Shown here piece after piece: positions 1 through 11,370 of a stretch of 64,000 bases of DNA (the stretch's first letter is position 1; each line of letters opens with the position of its first letter). A program made the translations under genes and the position numbers. The notes below the pieces were generated by a model that saw only the letters and a list, made by a program, of their open reading frames with translations, ran no database searches and had not been told where the DNA came from. Origin of the DNA: Laetmonice hystrix (Eukaryota); the NCBI GenBank assembly GCA_965235115.1, contig OZ249439.1, forward strand, positions 22,940,001 to 23,004,000. The letters run 5' to 3'.

Positions 1-99
1 TTCTAAACCAAGAATATTTCTGACATGTACATGTTCTAAACTTAGTAAATCAAACGGGACACTGGTTCATATTGAGACCACGGAACCAACGACACAGAA

Positions 100-1050
100 A
101 TACCAGGGCACACACTCCTGGCAGTGTTTGCTTCTTTAGTTAGTTGTTTACCACTCAGCACTCTGGCTCCTTTTTACCTACCTCAAAAACTATCACAATC
201 AGCGTACTGCTGTCTGTCAGTCAGACCAGGCATTCCTACCTGGCCCACAGCATCCTATTAACATTCAAGGTTGGATGAGTGAAACGCCGCGATGTCATTC
301 TCCCCAGTCCAAAACTGGTGATTATTTTCGTTTAAAATAAAATGAAACGGAAAGGGTGACCTAAACCTTTTATCAAGGCATTACCGATTTCAAAATTAAT
401 TTCTCTCTTGGCAGACATGTATGAGTTATTTAGACGTGTGTGTTTGGGACCAGTTTCCTTGAGCTGGTAGTGGTATCAGGATTATGATTGCCAGGGTAAG
501 GATACATAAATAAAAACGTCAACTCTCTTGTCTGCCCCACCTGTAGACATAAACAAAAACAACCCATAGAGTTCCGCCACCCAGCCCACAAATTACCCTC
601 AGTCAGGTGATATACCTCGGCCCACTACGGCCAGCCCGCTGGACGTGTTGCCAAATCCCTGGGCACACTGAGTCCACCTGACCGACAGCGTCTCCTGCCA
701 AGTCCGACTCAGATGTGTCAGACCTTAACCCTTCTGATCCCAGCACCGTGAGAATCCCTCAGACATTGCTTGGACCGACCACATCATGCTCTCCGAGGGA
801 CCAGTATGGTCCAGGACAATTCAACGGTCCTTTTGTTTGCTCATTATGGACCCAGAAGGGCAGGATTCCAAAGACACCTGGGATATTACAAATCTTTTAC
901 TCTGGATAAAATGATACACATAGTTGAACGTTGCATGCCATTAAGATTCAAACATGTTTGAAAGATACTGTTCCTCCAACATGGTAATATATCAAAAACA
1001 AGAGCGACATCCGTCTTTATCCAGTCATATATGCTGGTCGTGGTTGGGAG
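100..1050 (-). mobile_element. Highly degenerate DIRS-like retrotransposon relic (RT/RNase H fragments)
   Basis: Minus-strand manual translation with stops and frameshifts gives weak DIRS-like pieces: 'GVFGILPF' (RT LPFG-like) near 850 and 'FWTGE...FHSSNLEC**DAVG' plus 'PGISVSL' (RNase H W..E...HIN.LE..AV / HIPG-like) near 300-110. Homology is inferred from memory only. Confidence 0.3.
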
Positions 1051-1959
1051 CTTGTACATTCAGCTTGTGTATTCAGTACTGACGTAACCATGATGGAACC
1101 ACCCGTCACCAGCGGCCTGCATACCTGCACAGACTGTACGGTGGTCATCGGAGTGTGGGCACAGTGAACAGATGACCTGTCCTAACTGAGTTAACTTTGG
1201 GATGCGTAAACTGCTAACAAGGACACAATCTGAAATCTAACATTCCAAGGACAGTCGATGTTTACTCCTTTCCGCCTTATCCTTCGTTTCCTAATTTAAT
1301 GGGGCATTCCGGCAATACACGTGCAGTGTATTTCAATATGGTCAAAACTCCGATATTAACGTTGCTCCTACCTAGGGAACAAAAGCCGGGTCAATAGCAA
1401 TATTCAGACACTGTGATACAACACAAACTAAACGATTATGTTCCTTCTTAACATTTTCAGTTTTAATAGAATGGTTCAAAAATCCGTCGCTTCATAATCT
1501 AAGCAAACTCTCTTGGACAAAAAGCCGTTGGGCTAACCAAAACGTGACTGTACTTTGACGTTTGACCTCTAGTCTGACCGCAACATGGGATCTTCAGTTC
1601 CTAGCCATCACAACACCAGCTAACATTATTACTGGTGGCAGTTACTGGTCTCCTCATCAATCTCCCGTACCGGTGGCATGTGTGTGTGTGCGGCTGGGAA
1701 TTGTCGGCATGTTTTACCACGTTACTGACATGGTTTGCGGACCGTTCATTATATAATCCTGCAGATTGAAGCTGTCAATTTATCGATTTCAATCGAGATA
1801 TCTGACGGTCTGCAGGGTGCTACTCACTGAAAGAAACGGAAAGTAAAACTACAGCCTATCTGAGATACAATCCTAGTCAGCAATATTCTAAGATTCATGC
1901 TTACTCATACTAAGAACTGATATCCTGAAGTTCTAAATTTATGGGGTGTGGTTATTTCG

Positions 1960-3980
1960 GTATTACAGAATTCTCTACGGGAATCCTGTTCTGGTACGGG
2001 TACGGCATTTCTGTTCAGTTGTCAGGAGCCTCCCCTTTCGTCCAATTTGTACACTATACCAACAGGAAGCTCCCAGTGTTCTCTGAGACAGACGTCCCAC
2101 CGAAATACTGAGTCAGAACAAGCTGACAACCAGTTCTGGGTCGAAGGTCAATTGGAAAAGAGGATCAGCAAGGCTTGTATAGGATGACGGTGTACACGCA
2201 CTGACCTAAATCTTCCTGATCCCATTGACCTTCAGACCTCATCACCCACTAAGGTCACGCAAGGACAACTCCCAACCACCAGAAGGGTATTTGTGGGCCT
2301 GAATGGATCCCTGTGCCCTATACCCTGGACAAAGTAGAATTTATTATACAGAGCTCAGATTGCATTTGTCTGCACAGTAGTGCACTTAATATCCTGGGGC
2401 CAACTATAAAAGAGGGGCAATGTTAAAACAGTGTCCATGCAGGCATACAAAATGCGCTTTTGCCTCTTGCATCCAGATCCTTTACGAGTTGTGAAATTTA
2501 ACACATTTTCACCCCTTGTACAGGTTTTCGGAAATCTGATCCCCACTCAGATTTACTGGTATGGATTTAATCCCATGTACTGCAAACACTGAACTTCTAG
2601 TTTCTGTAGATTTTGTTCAAGAAAGAAACCCAGGCTTTACCCTTTGAACTGGGTTGGGTTCATCTTGTTTTGAATGACAACTCCTTCAGACTTTCCTTCA
2701 CATGCACCGGTAGCAAAGTCAAGCTAAACCCAAAGATCAACAGGATGTCAATATATACATACATGTACTATATAACCTCGATATATAGACAGCACAGATT
2801 TTTCACTCCATCAAATTACACAAAATATAAATATCAGCAAGCCTAACGGACTAAACCAACAAGTTTGGGGAAATTTTTAAGGCTCAAAGAAGACAGATCT
2901 GTGAATGCAAGTTGGTGAACGGGAGAGCCGTAATTGAGTCTCTGGCTGTGGTCCAAAAATCTTGGACCAACAACCTACTCTCTATTACATATTGATCAGA
3001 CTGAAGAGCTTCGGTGCGACTTCTGGTCAACAACAGGGCTACTTATGTAACTTGGAACGGGTTTCTCATGTATGAACAGTAAATACACCAACTTCGGCAT
3101 CTTCTCATGAAACAAGCTCTGAGTAGTCAAAAATGCACCTCTGATTAAATAGCGTGGTGAACTTCACACTGCGCCACTTACATCCAGACATAGTCTACTC
3201 TAGGTCTATGATTCAGACAATGTCAGTGTCCAAATAAACCTGCCCCAATATTCAACCTCAGATAGTTCTACCTACAATGTTCAGCATATTCATGTACTTC
3301 CTTTTTTATCTGATGGATGAGGATGGGTTTTATTTTTTTAAAGTCTCAACAGGTCAAGTACTTGATGTTGGAACTTGGCATGACGGGGTGAGGGAATCCC
3401 TCAAACCATTGTCGTCCAGATGGTTTTATCCAAGCCTAGAAGCTATCATCCCCGCCTCCCAAGGAACATCCGCAAACGAATAAGGAAGACGGGTTCCACC
3501 TCTGACCTCTAACCCCCAGTAGTAGTACTGCAGCCGCCCGTCAGGTGTCACACCAACACGCTTGAGACCATCAATCCGATGCTGTTTAGTGACCCTACGC
3601 TCCACTTTATTGGTCTCCAGTCCTAACGAGACCATTCCAACCCCCTCTGATTGCATTATGGCCATGTTGCTACTGGAGACTGAGATCGCCCAGCCCATGT
3701 ACCCAGCCAGAGCCAGTCAACACCCTGGTATTATTACTGCTAGGGACGTGACTGTGCACAGGTAGTCCCCCCCCCCCTCCCACTGGGCAGCACGGAGCCA
3801 TGTCTCACAGGGACTGCCGATAAAGCAGACCCCCACCCCCACAACCAGTATGTGTTGTAATGGTCGCCTCATGGACCACAGACCTGGATATGACCAGTCC
3901 AAATGGATACGGTAAAGTCAGACAAACAAAAGCACATACCATAGAAACCACGCAGTGATACATTATTGGGAAGTCTAACT
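1960..3980 (-). mobile_element. Degenerate DIRS1-like (tyrosine-recombinase retrotransposon) pol relic: RT, RNase H and downstream conserved block in the expected order
   Basis: Minus strand, in order: 'FVCLTLPYPFGL' (about 3930-3895); 'MGWAISVSSSN...GMVSLGLETNKVERRVTKQHRIDGL' (ORF 3426-3698); 'PSYISSP..KSHRS' and 'HRSVF..QTCWFSP' (about 3060-2840); 'LILFSN*PSTQNW...EHWELPV' (about 2170-2060; compare DIRS LIAP.WP.Q.W...PWELP). Many stops and frameshifts. Confidence 0.5.
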
Positions 3981-4408
3981 GAGCTTCTTCTTGCTTAGTT
4001 GAGCCGTATTTCTCTACTAACAAGTTTATTTTTTAGAATGACGATGTATCCTTATTTACTCAGTACGTGGAGGGGTTCACAACTGAGGCGAAATGATGGC
4101 ATATTTTGTTATAATCTCCTCTGCCACTTTAGGCTACTGGTATTTTAGAAGAGGTTCCTGGTGTTTGACTAACTTGGATGAAGTCTGGGGGACTAGACAG
4201 CCCTTAACCCCACCCAGAGGTGAGGGATACTTAGATGAGTTCTAAGTTCCTCACCTCGCCTACATATTGACCCCCCCCCCCCCTCCCTGCTTCCTCCCGG
4301 GCTCAACAGGCTGGAAATCATCAAGGACTCTGCAGTATATCCTGGATATATTTAGCCCTGAGCATAGATTAGGAGAATCCGGAACTGATAAAGTAACACC
4401 AAGGGGTA

Positions 4409-4480
4409 CCATGGGGTATCAGTGCACTGATACACCATGGGGTATCAGTGCACTGATACACCATGGGTATCAGTGCACTG
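4409..4480. repeat. 26-bp tandem repeat (about 2.8 copies) with internal 18-bp palindrome
   Basis: CCATGGGGTATCAGTGCACTGATACA at 4409-4434, 4435-4460 and partial 4461-4480; GTATCAGTGCACTGATAC is self-complementary. Confidence 0.9.
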
Positions 4481-4619
4481 CCTACAGGCTATCAAGTCCC
4501 ATTAGAATAGAACTTTTCCATGTCGTTTTAAAAGTCCCTCTGTCAAACAACCGGGCAGGTTATTTCTAGCTTCAGGCACCAATTACCGGGTAGTCATATT
4601 TTATTTCTTTCTTATTTAA

Positions 4620-6464
4620 ATGACTTTTGAGAAGAGTCCTATATGGAGGCAAACATCGTTGAATACTGGTATTTATCCACAGGAATGGAAGTGTGCTACT
4701 GTTGTGCCTCTCCAAAAAGACGGTAGTAAATCTGATGTGTCGAATCTCAGACCCGTGTCACTCCTCCCAATTCCGGGAAAGTTATTGGAGAAAGTGGTAC
4801 ATGAGAGACTGACTAGGTTCTTTGAGGACAACAAATTGCTAGACGATCGACAAGGGGGCTTTCGTTCTGGTCACTCAACCACTAACTCAGCGTTAAATCT
4901 TGTGGACAGAATTTTTAATGCAATGAATGATAGGGAAGTCACAGTTGCCGTATTTATAGACCTATCTAAGGCCTTCGATACCGTTAACCATTCTATACTT
5001 TTGAAAAAACTCGAGTACCTAGGTATTAAAGGTCTGACACTTTCCTGGTTAGCCAACTACCTTTCTGGCCGATTCCAACGTACTACCTGCAATAACTCCC
5101 TATCAGATCCACTAGAAGTAATGTGCGGAGTGCCTCAGGGATCTATTTTGGGTCCTTTGCTATTCTTGGTGTATATTAATGACTTGTCTACTGCTATAAA
5201 AAATTCATATCATCAATTGCATGCAGACGATACTGTGGCATTTCGGTCAGGCAGTAATATTGAGGAAGTAACTGGGGCACTGCAAGAAGATCTGCTGAAT
5301 TTATCTAGATGGTGCGAAAGCAACAAACTTACAGTCAATATTAAGAAGACCAAGTATGTTATCTTTGGACTAAAATCCCAAACTAAAAGAATCAAGAATC
5401 ACAAATTGTATTTTGACAATAGAACTGTCGAACGTGTTAACTTTTACAAGTATTTGGGGTTCACGTTGGACACACATCTTACATTCACTAAGCACATAGA
5501 CAATTGTTACAGACTAGCTGCTCATAAGTAGACCCAGTCAAATTCCGTGATCCTTGCCAGGAAATTCCGTTTTGAACTTTTAAAATTCCGTTTTTTTCCG
5601 TTTTAGTATTTTCTCAGTATACAGGGTGTCCCAAAAAATGCACAACCGTATCTGCACACCTGTCACATTTGCGAGTCCAGTCTGTTTGCTCTAAGAAGAG
5701 CTCAAGCATATTCATGACCCTCCCACCCCACTCCTCTAGCGGGTCCAGCCAGGCCAACTCAGGTCCTAGCTACGCTGTATACGGTCGGCTGGGGAATTAC
5801 CAGTAGTAAAAAAGACGTTTTCCGTTATTTTCCGTTTTACACTGGAAATTCCGTTTCAGATAGTAAATTCCGTTTCAAATAGTAAATTCCGCGATTCCGT
5901 CCGCGATTCCGCGATCGCGGAAATTGACTGGCTCTACATAAGGTATATCTGTTGTCCAAAATAAGAAGATACATTAACTTTAAAGCAAGCCTACTGATGT
6001 ATAAAACGATGGTTCTTCCATACTTGGACTATGGTGATCTATTTTACGACGGTGCTAGTCAGAAGGCTCTCAAAAAACTTCAAACTCTACAAAATCGAGC
6101 CTTAAGAATTTGCATTAAGGAAGGAGGTTACATATCATCCACAGAGCTACATCGAAGATGTAAAACTGCAATGTTAGCACCCCGAAGACTAGCCCATCTT
6201 AGAAACTTCATGTACAAAAAACAGGAATGCTTAGAGCTTATTGACAGTAGGAATATTGCTACAAGGACCCATGCAGCAACTGTGTTTAAAGTACCACAGC
6301 CAAGATTAGAAAAATTTAAGCAGAATCCTTTATACAAAGGGGCTGTCGATTGGAATAACTTACCTGTGTGTATAAGAAATATTACATCATATGACCAGTT
6401 TAAGTATACACAAAAAAATATGATGAACAGCGCTTCCTTTAATCACAATGATAATTATAACTGA
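4620..6464 (+). pseudogene. LINE ORF2 reverse transcriptase, join(4620..5528,5943..6464); no endonuclease domain present
   Basis: Removing 5529-5942 gives one continuous frame (…RLAAHK|VYLLSKIRR…) of about 476 codons with no internal stop; the first about 10 codons are probably flank. Confidence 0.85.
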
Positions 6465-6908
6465 TAGCTTGCCTACACTCTGACGGTGTGACATGGGTGT
6501 GTGTATGTATGTATATAGGTTGAATGCATAGGCATGTGTGGAGGTGAATTGCTGGCGATTGCAGGGCCTGCGACCTAGTAATTCGAAGATGTATTACATT
6601 AGTAAAAAATGGAATTCTTATTTTTCTAAGCTCAGGTGCACCCGATTATTTTAATATCTATTGCCTATACCAAGTGAGAAGCATTTGTACCCATCTACCC
6701 ATGTAAACTACCTTACAATGTCAACAAGCCATGTGTAAATATGTTTGTAATCGTTTACCGGTGATGTGTTTCATATCACCTTAGTTGATTTATAATATCT
6801 CTAGATGATCAACCATTATGTAAGCTGGCAGACGATGTAAACCAGCGGTAACGCTGACGTCGAGCCAGGATAAATAAAGGAAATTAAAAAAAAAAAAAAA
6901 AAAAAAAA
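4651..6908 (+). mobile_element. 5'-truncated CR1/L2-group LINE (RT ORF, 3' UTR, poly-A), interrupted by a TIR element
   Basis: RT motifs WKCATVVPLQK, LRPVSLLP, QGGFRSGHST, VFIDLSKAFDTV, GVPQGSILGPLLFLVYINDL, HADDT, YKYLG. The ORF resumes at 5943 (VYLLSKIRR...LPYLDYG...WNNLP) and stops at 6464. AATAAA at about 6872 and poly-A to 6908. AAACAT at both 4651 and 6906 is a possible TSD or microhomology. Confidence 0.92.
5529..5936. mobile_element. 408-bp non-autonomous TIR element (hAT-like MITE) with 6-bp TSD CATAAG
   Basis: Left end TAGACCCAGTCAAATTCCG; reverse complement of the right end TAGAGCCAGTCAATTTCCG (17/19 match). CATAAG at 5523-5528 and 5937-5942. Many subterminal (A)ATTCCG repeats at both ends. 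Confidence 0.85.
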
Positions 6909-7199
6909 CATAACAAGCATAAAGAAACTCAGGACCATCAATGTAGACCTGTGTGACCAACGGTCACCGTATGACCCGCTACCCCCAGGTGGCCCCTATG
7001 TCCAGACAGAGCACCACTTGCTCATTTCTATGCCCTGGGCCACCAACTCCTCCACCACTCCCCTCCCCACCCCCCCCCCCCCGGCCCCCCCACCCCCACA
7101 CCATTGGAAGATAAATGATAACCACCCCTATCTCTATCAATCATCCATCACCACCACCACCACAATACTGGGGCCTGCTGGTTACACCCACATCACATT

Positions 7200-8300
7200 C
7201 TACAATGATGACCACTGGCCCTAAGTACATACCTGTACATGCACTGTTTATATGGTGGTCGTCCTACAAGTGGTGCCTTATCTTGAGCATGGCTGTTGAG
7301 ACAGGGTTGACATGTATGGGTCACTGACCCCCAGACCATACCAATTCGTTCACTGACTTCTACCTACCAAACCAGTCTCGGCTTCTTGGACTCAGAGGAA
7401 AATAAGAGTATGTGTCTACTGACCACATGTAAGTCTGAGCCACTCAGGGATCCAAAATGCATTGATAAACAACGTCACCAACTTGAACTGACAGGTGAAC
7501 ACACAGTTGTCTGCAGGTAATTCTGGTACAATTCAAATGATATAGAGTCCTTAAGTACTAATACTACATCAAAATATTATGGGACCCTTCAGGGAAGCAT
7601 TTCTCGAAAGCAAACGTTGGTCACTGGACACAGGGCACATCATCAAATGTCATGAATACCAATTTGCTTCATAATGGCACTATACATGTGGAAGTCAGCA
7701 GTGTCATGTGATTCAAGAGGGAAGGCCAAGGTTTACATACCCTTCAAAATATTTACACATCACCTCAGGATAGGTTCTGCAGTCCACTGAGCATACATAC
7801 CTACCCGACTACTCTTACTTCAAAACCTGGATGTATGTTTGGCTGTCTTACTTTACGTTATTGCCAGGGACTAGTGTTTTACCAGGGTTGGGGGCAGTGG
7901 CAGCATCTGGGTCGAGAAAGCATGAGCATTTCAATGTTGCACTCTCTAACACAACCGAATACCTGAACAAAACATTTAAAAAATCACATTCTATGTAACT
8001 GGAATTTATGCAGCTCCTTAGTGGAAAGCCAAATACATGTACTTGTGTACACCAGTCTCAACTCACTTTGGTCAGCCCTGGAGCCCTGAGATCCTACTTA
8101 GCTAACTGACCTTATTTCGTGACACAACTAGACCACTTCCTGGAATCAGGCCCACCATGCATGTACCAGAGTATGTACATGTCCTGGAAACTACACCAAC
8201 TCCACATCCCCAGCTGACCTAAACTGGGTCATCACAGCTCTGGTCTTCCTAACTGTCTCAGTCTGTTTTAATAACACTCAAGTTTTCTTCACACTCCCTT
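7200..8300 (-). mobile_element. Third possible DIRS-like relic
   Basis: Weak minus-strand pieces such as 'GSGLVVSRNKVS' (compare LGLVVN..KS.L) near 8130 and 'LHVVSRHI' near 7420. Very degenerate. Confidence 0.25.
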
Positions 8301-8501
8301 ACAGTATGAGTAAGTGGAAATCTGCACTTGTGAGATTGGGCGAGGATTCCCAGGTGATGTGATCTACACCAACAACTTCTTTTAAAAGCACCTGTCACAC
8401 CTTGCCGGATAGCATTTAAACGGACATCCGATGGAAAGCCAAATTTCCGATCTGTTGTTCAACGGACAAAATAACAAAAGGAGAGAAACGGTTCAGCAAT
8501 C

Positions 8502-8686
8502 ATGAATGGAAACTGGTCAAAGTACGTAACTGCTTTATACCCAAATGCGAGGGAACGCCATATAGGAAGAAGCTGGAACATAATGCTGGCTCTAGGATTA
8601 TGTTACCGAACCCGTATTTTGTTTACGACGGTTGGCAGAATGACCCAAGACTTTGGCCCAATATGTCACCTTCGACGACATCTTTA
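8502..8686 (+). pseudogene. Frameshifted N-terminal fragment of a DNA-transposon accessory ORF (SWIM/YqaJ-type, as in ISL2EU/Kolobok-like elements)
   Basis: With two frameshifts: SKYVTALYPNARER-YRKKLEHNAGSRIMLPNPYFVYDGWQNDPRLWPN-VTFDDIFK, resembling the recalled motif RY.EKL...LPDPY....W..DP..WP.V.(Y/F)GDIY. Confidence 0.45.
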
Positions 8687-9704
8687 AATGCCGGGAATGT
8701 TCGGTCAGGAGACAAGGAAGGCCTAAATCACTAGACGCCTACATGTAACGTTAATTGCCTTGTTTATTAAATCCAACTCAGTGGAATTTAGTGACTGAAT
8801 GAAGCGATGCATATGAAGATGCATAGGCCTATATATATGCATACATGTTCCTCCAAAACCCAGCGAGAAAGCCAAGACGCCCGGGTATCGGCGGGCCCTC
8901 TCTTCGCAGTGCTGCTGCGGGCCCCTGGGTGTTGGGTGGGCGGCAGGGTGGGGGCCCGGTGTCGGGGTCAACATCACACCTCTGTGCATGTGCCTGGGTA
9001 TGGCTGCCTGCGTGGGTCAGTGCACCGTCGCGGTCAGCACTGCAACTTCACGGCCTCCGTCATGCTTTTACATTGCTAGATCTATAATTTACCATAACTG
9101 TCTACTAATGGTAATATTTAACTAATTAAAGTACTCAGGCATATATATCTGATATTTTTTCCGCTTGAATTTTAAAAATTTGGTGTTTTTTTCCCATTCC
9201 AGTACATGTATTTCGTTGTCGCCACGCGAGGAGTGCACTCCGTTTATTGCATTACAATGAATCGGCTGGGCCGCCACGGCTCGCCCCCGACTCTGTTTTC
9301 CTTAACATGCATAGCCTATTTAAGGAGGCGTGCCATTTACTCGAAATTTACACTAGCATATAATGAACTTTTTTATGTGGCAAGTTTGAGCATAGACATA
9401 GTTTATGAAAAATTGCGAGTTCAAGTTGTCAACATTTTTCACTTTATGCACCGCTAATATTATATAATAACCAGTTACCGTACAAGTTAAGAAACACAAA
9501 CAATGGGGGTGAGCAAGCCTCCCTGTGCTAGTCCAACATTGTAAACAAAACAAGTCATAACTCAACTGTCTTTGCAAACTGAATCCTTGTTGTAGACTAC
9601 ATACAGAGTTAGAGTACAGTGGCTGACATATCCGTCATGAGTCACTAAACAACCATTCGCCAGCACTAGTATCACAGTATCACCCCCAGCCAAAGGTAAC
9701 TTAC

Positions 9705-10015
9705 CAGCTCTCCTCATCGTCCTCCTCCAAATTTAACTTATCCAGGGAGACCAGTTCGACATCGTCTAAAGACACAGGCTTTAGTCCGTCTTTCAGGGTA
9801 TCCGTATCTCGCCCATTACTAGTCCGGTTTTGTTTTGATAAGCTGCTATCGGTACCCTCCTCCGTCCCCCTCGGTATCACCGTGTTTGGGTCTCGGTTCT
9901 GCTTGCTTCTCAATATTTGATTCTGACGTTCGAGTTTTTTCACTAAATCCTGTAATTTGCGCACCTCCGCTTCGGGGTCTACACCGTTATCCATATCGTC
10001 GACAATCGTATCCAT
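9705..10015 (-). CDS. SLAIN: SLAIN motif-containing protein, first coding exon (remaining exons probably left of the window)
   Basis: MDTIVDDMDNGVDPEAEVRKLQDLVKKLERQNQILRSK…SLDDVELVSLDKLNLEEDDEESW matches the SLAIN1/2 N-terminal coiled coil ([20 protein letters not shown]) and the LDEVE…EESW block. The exon ends TG|GTAAGT (phase 2 in Trp). Confidence 0.9.
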
Positions 10016-10354
10016 CCTGACCGTATTTTCGCAGGACAACACACGTTTACACACACGAACAGGAAACTTACACCCTGAACCTGCCAGCCATTATTCCGCC
10101 AATGAGACATGCGCGACTGACCTACTTGGAGGAGATCATTCGCTAGGTGGCTCTGTGGTCGACCACAGAGCCATCTAGCGAGTGAGCCGGGAACCAGCGT
10201 TTGCTTCGGTAATGTTCGGATTTTCGTTGAGGCCCAAAACCAAGAGATGTCTTTTATTTTTGTCGAAAACTGAGATTGATCATATTAAATAGCGATGGTC
10301 AACAATGTAGGCCTATTAATGCCAAAGATAAGTTTCATCGCGTCAGGACCATTG

Positions 10355-10490
10355 CAGACCTGCCAACCTACAGGGAGACGAAACCGGGAGATTTTTAAAA
10401 GTTGGTGTCCAAAAACCTGGAAATTGGGAGGAAAACCGGGGGATTTTGGGGGAAAAACCTGGAGATTTTGGGGAAAAACCTGGAGACTAC
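10355..10490 (+). mobile_element. hAT-like MITE end fragment
   Basis: Starts CAGACCTGCCAACC, followed by repeated AAAA(C)CTGGAGA/AAACCGGG(A/G) subterminal-like motifs. No partner end found. Confidence 0.3.
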
Positions 10491-10849
10491 ATTATGAAGC
10501 TGATATAGACCTATGAGTGGGGGAGAAACACATGAAGTACACAACTTACATACCATCAGTTTAATAAATTTAAAATAAAAAATTGTTCTAAGACATCCTG
10601 CAGCTCCTTTAACTTCAAGTTTAAGTTGTTTCTTTTCTCTTTTATGTATCCTTTTTTAGTGTTCTGCGTTGCATATAGTTGGTACATGTACTTAAAAACA
10701 TACTCAAACATATTTTCTCATTATATTTTAAACTTAAAATTGTCCAAACTTATTTAGGCCTATCTATCTTTTTTCTTGTGTTTTCAAGTGTGCATACATT
10801 AAATTTTGTATGAGTTTTCAATTTACCGTGAGAAAATTGTGACATGCCG

Positions 10850-11370
10850 GGGGGACGGGGGATCAGGTTAAAAACTGTACCGTAATAGATAATTAAATAA
10901 ATTAGCCTAAATGAATTATGGTTGGGACCCCCCCCCCCCCCCCACCTCAGACTCTGCCTACTCCTGTACGCGTAGGCCTAGACCCTCTATATATCGGACT
11001 TCCATAGACTTCCATTGGCAAAAGTCAAGAGGAGGGAAAAAGTGGGGGGGGGGGGCAAAAGATACTCTGCCCCCCGGCCATTTCAAAGTGGGGGGGGGGG
11101 CATGGCCCCCCTGCCCCCCCCTTTCCTACGCCCCTACTTTGTACTTGCATTCCTATATTTCCAAAAGTCAAAATTCTATGCTTAAATTGCCTCAAATTGC
11201 CCCCCCCCCCCTCCAGTCAGAGGCGTGCGGCGCGGTGCCCCCCCCCCCCCCCCCCCCCCGCTCACTTTCGCACCCATTTGCTTTCCTTGAACGAACGAAG
11301 ATTGCCGAAGATTGCCGAAAGGACTCGAGTGTGAGAATGCCCCCCCCCCCCCCCCCCCCCCCCCCGCGGA
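10850..11370. repeat. Cluster of poly-C/poly-G tracts (MITE-derived, G-quadruplex-capable)
   Basis: At least eight long G or C runs, including a GGGGGGGGGGCATGGCCCCCCTGCCCCCCCTTTCCTACGCCCCTA MITE-like end. Confidence 0.6.

Noticed and set aside
1560-1900. Candidate SLAIN exon 2 acceptors on the minus strand
   Set aside because: The tested AG sites give immediate stops in the required phase and no SLAIN-like LY..PK sequence.
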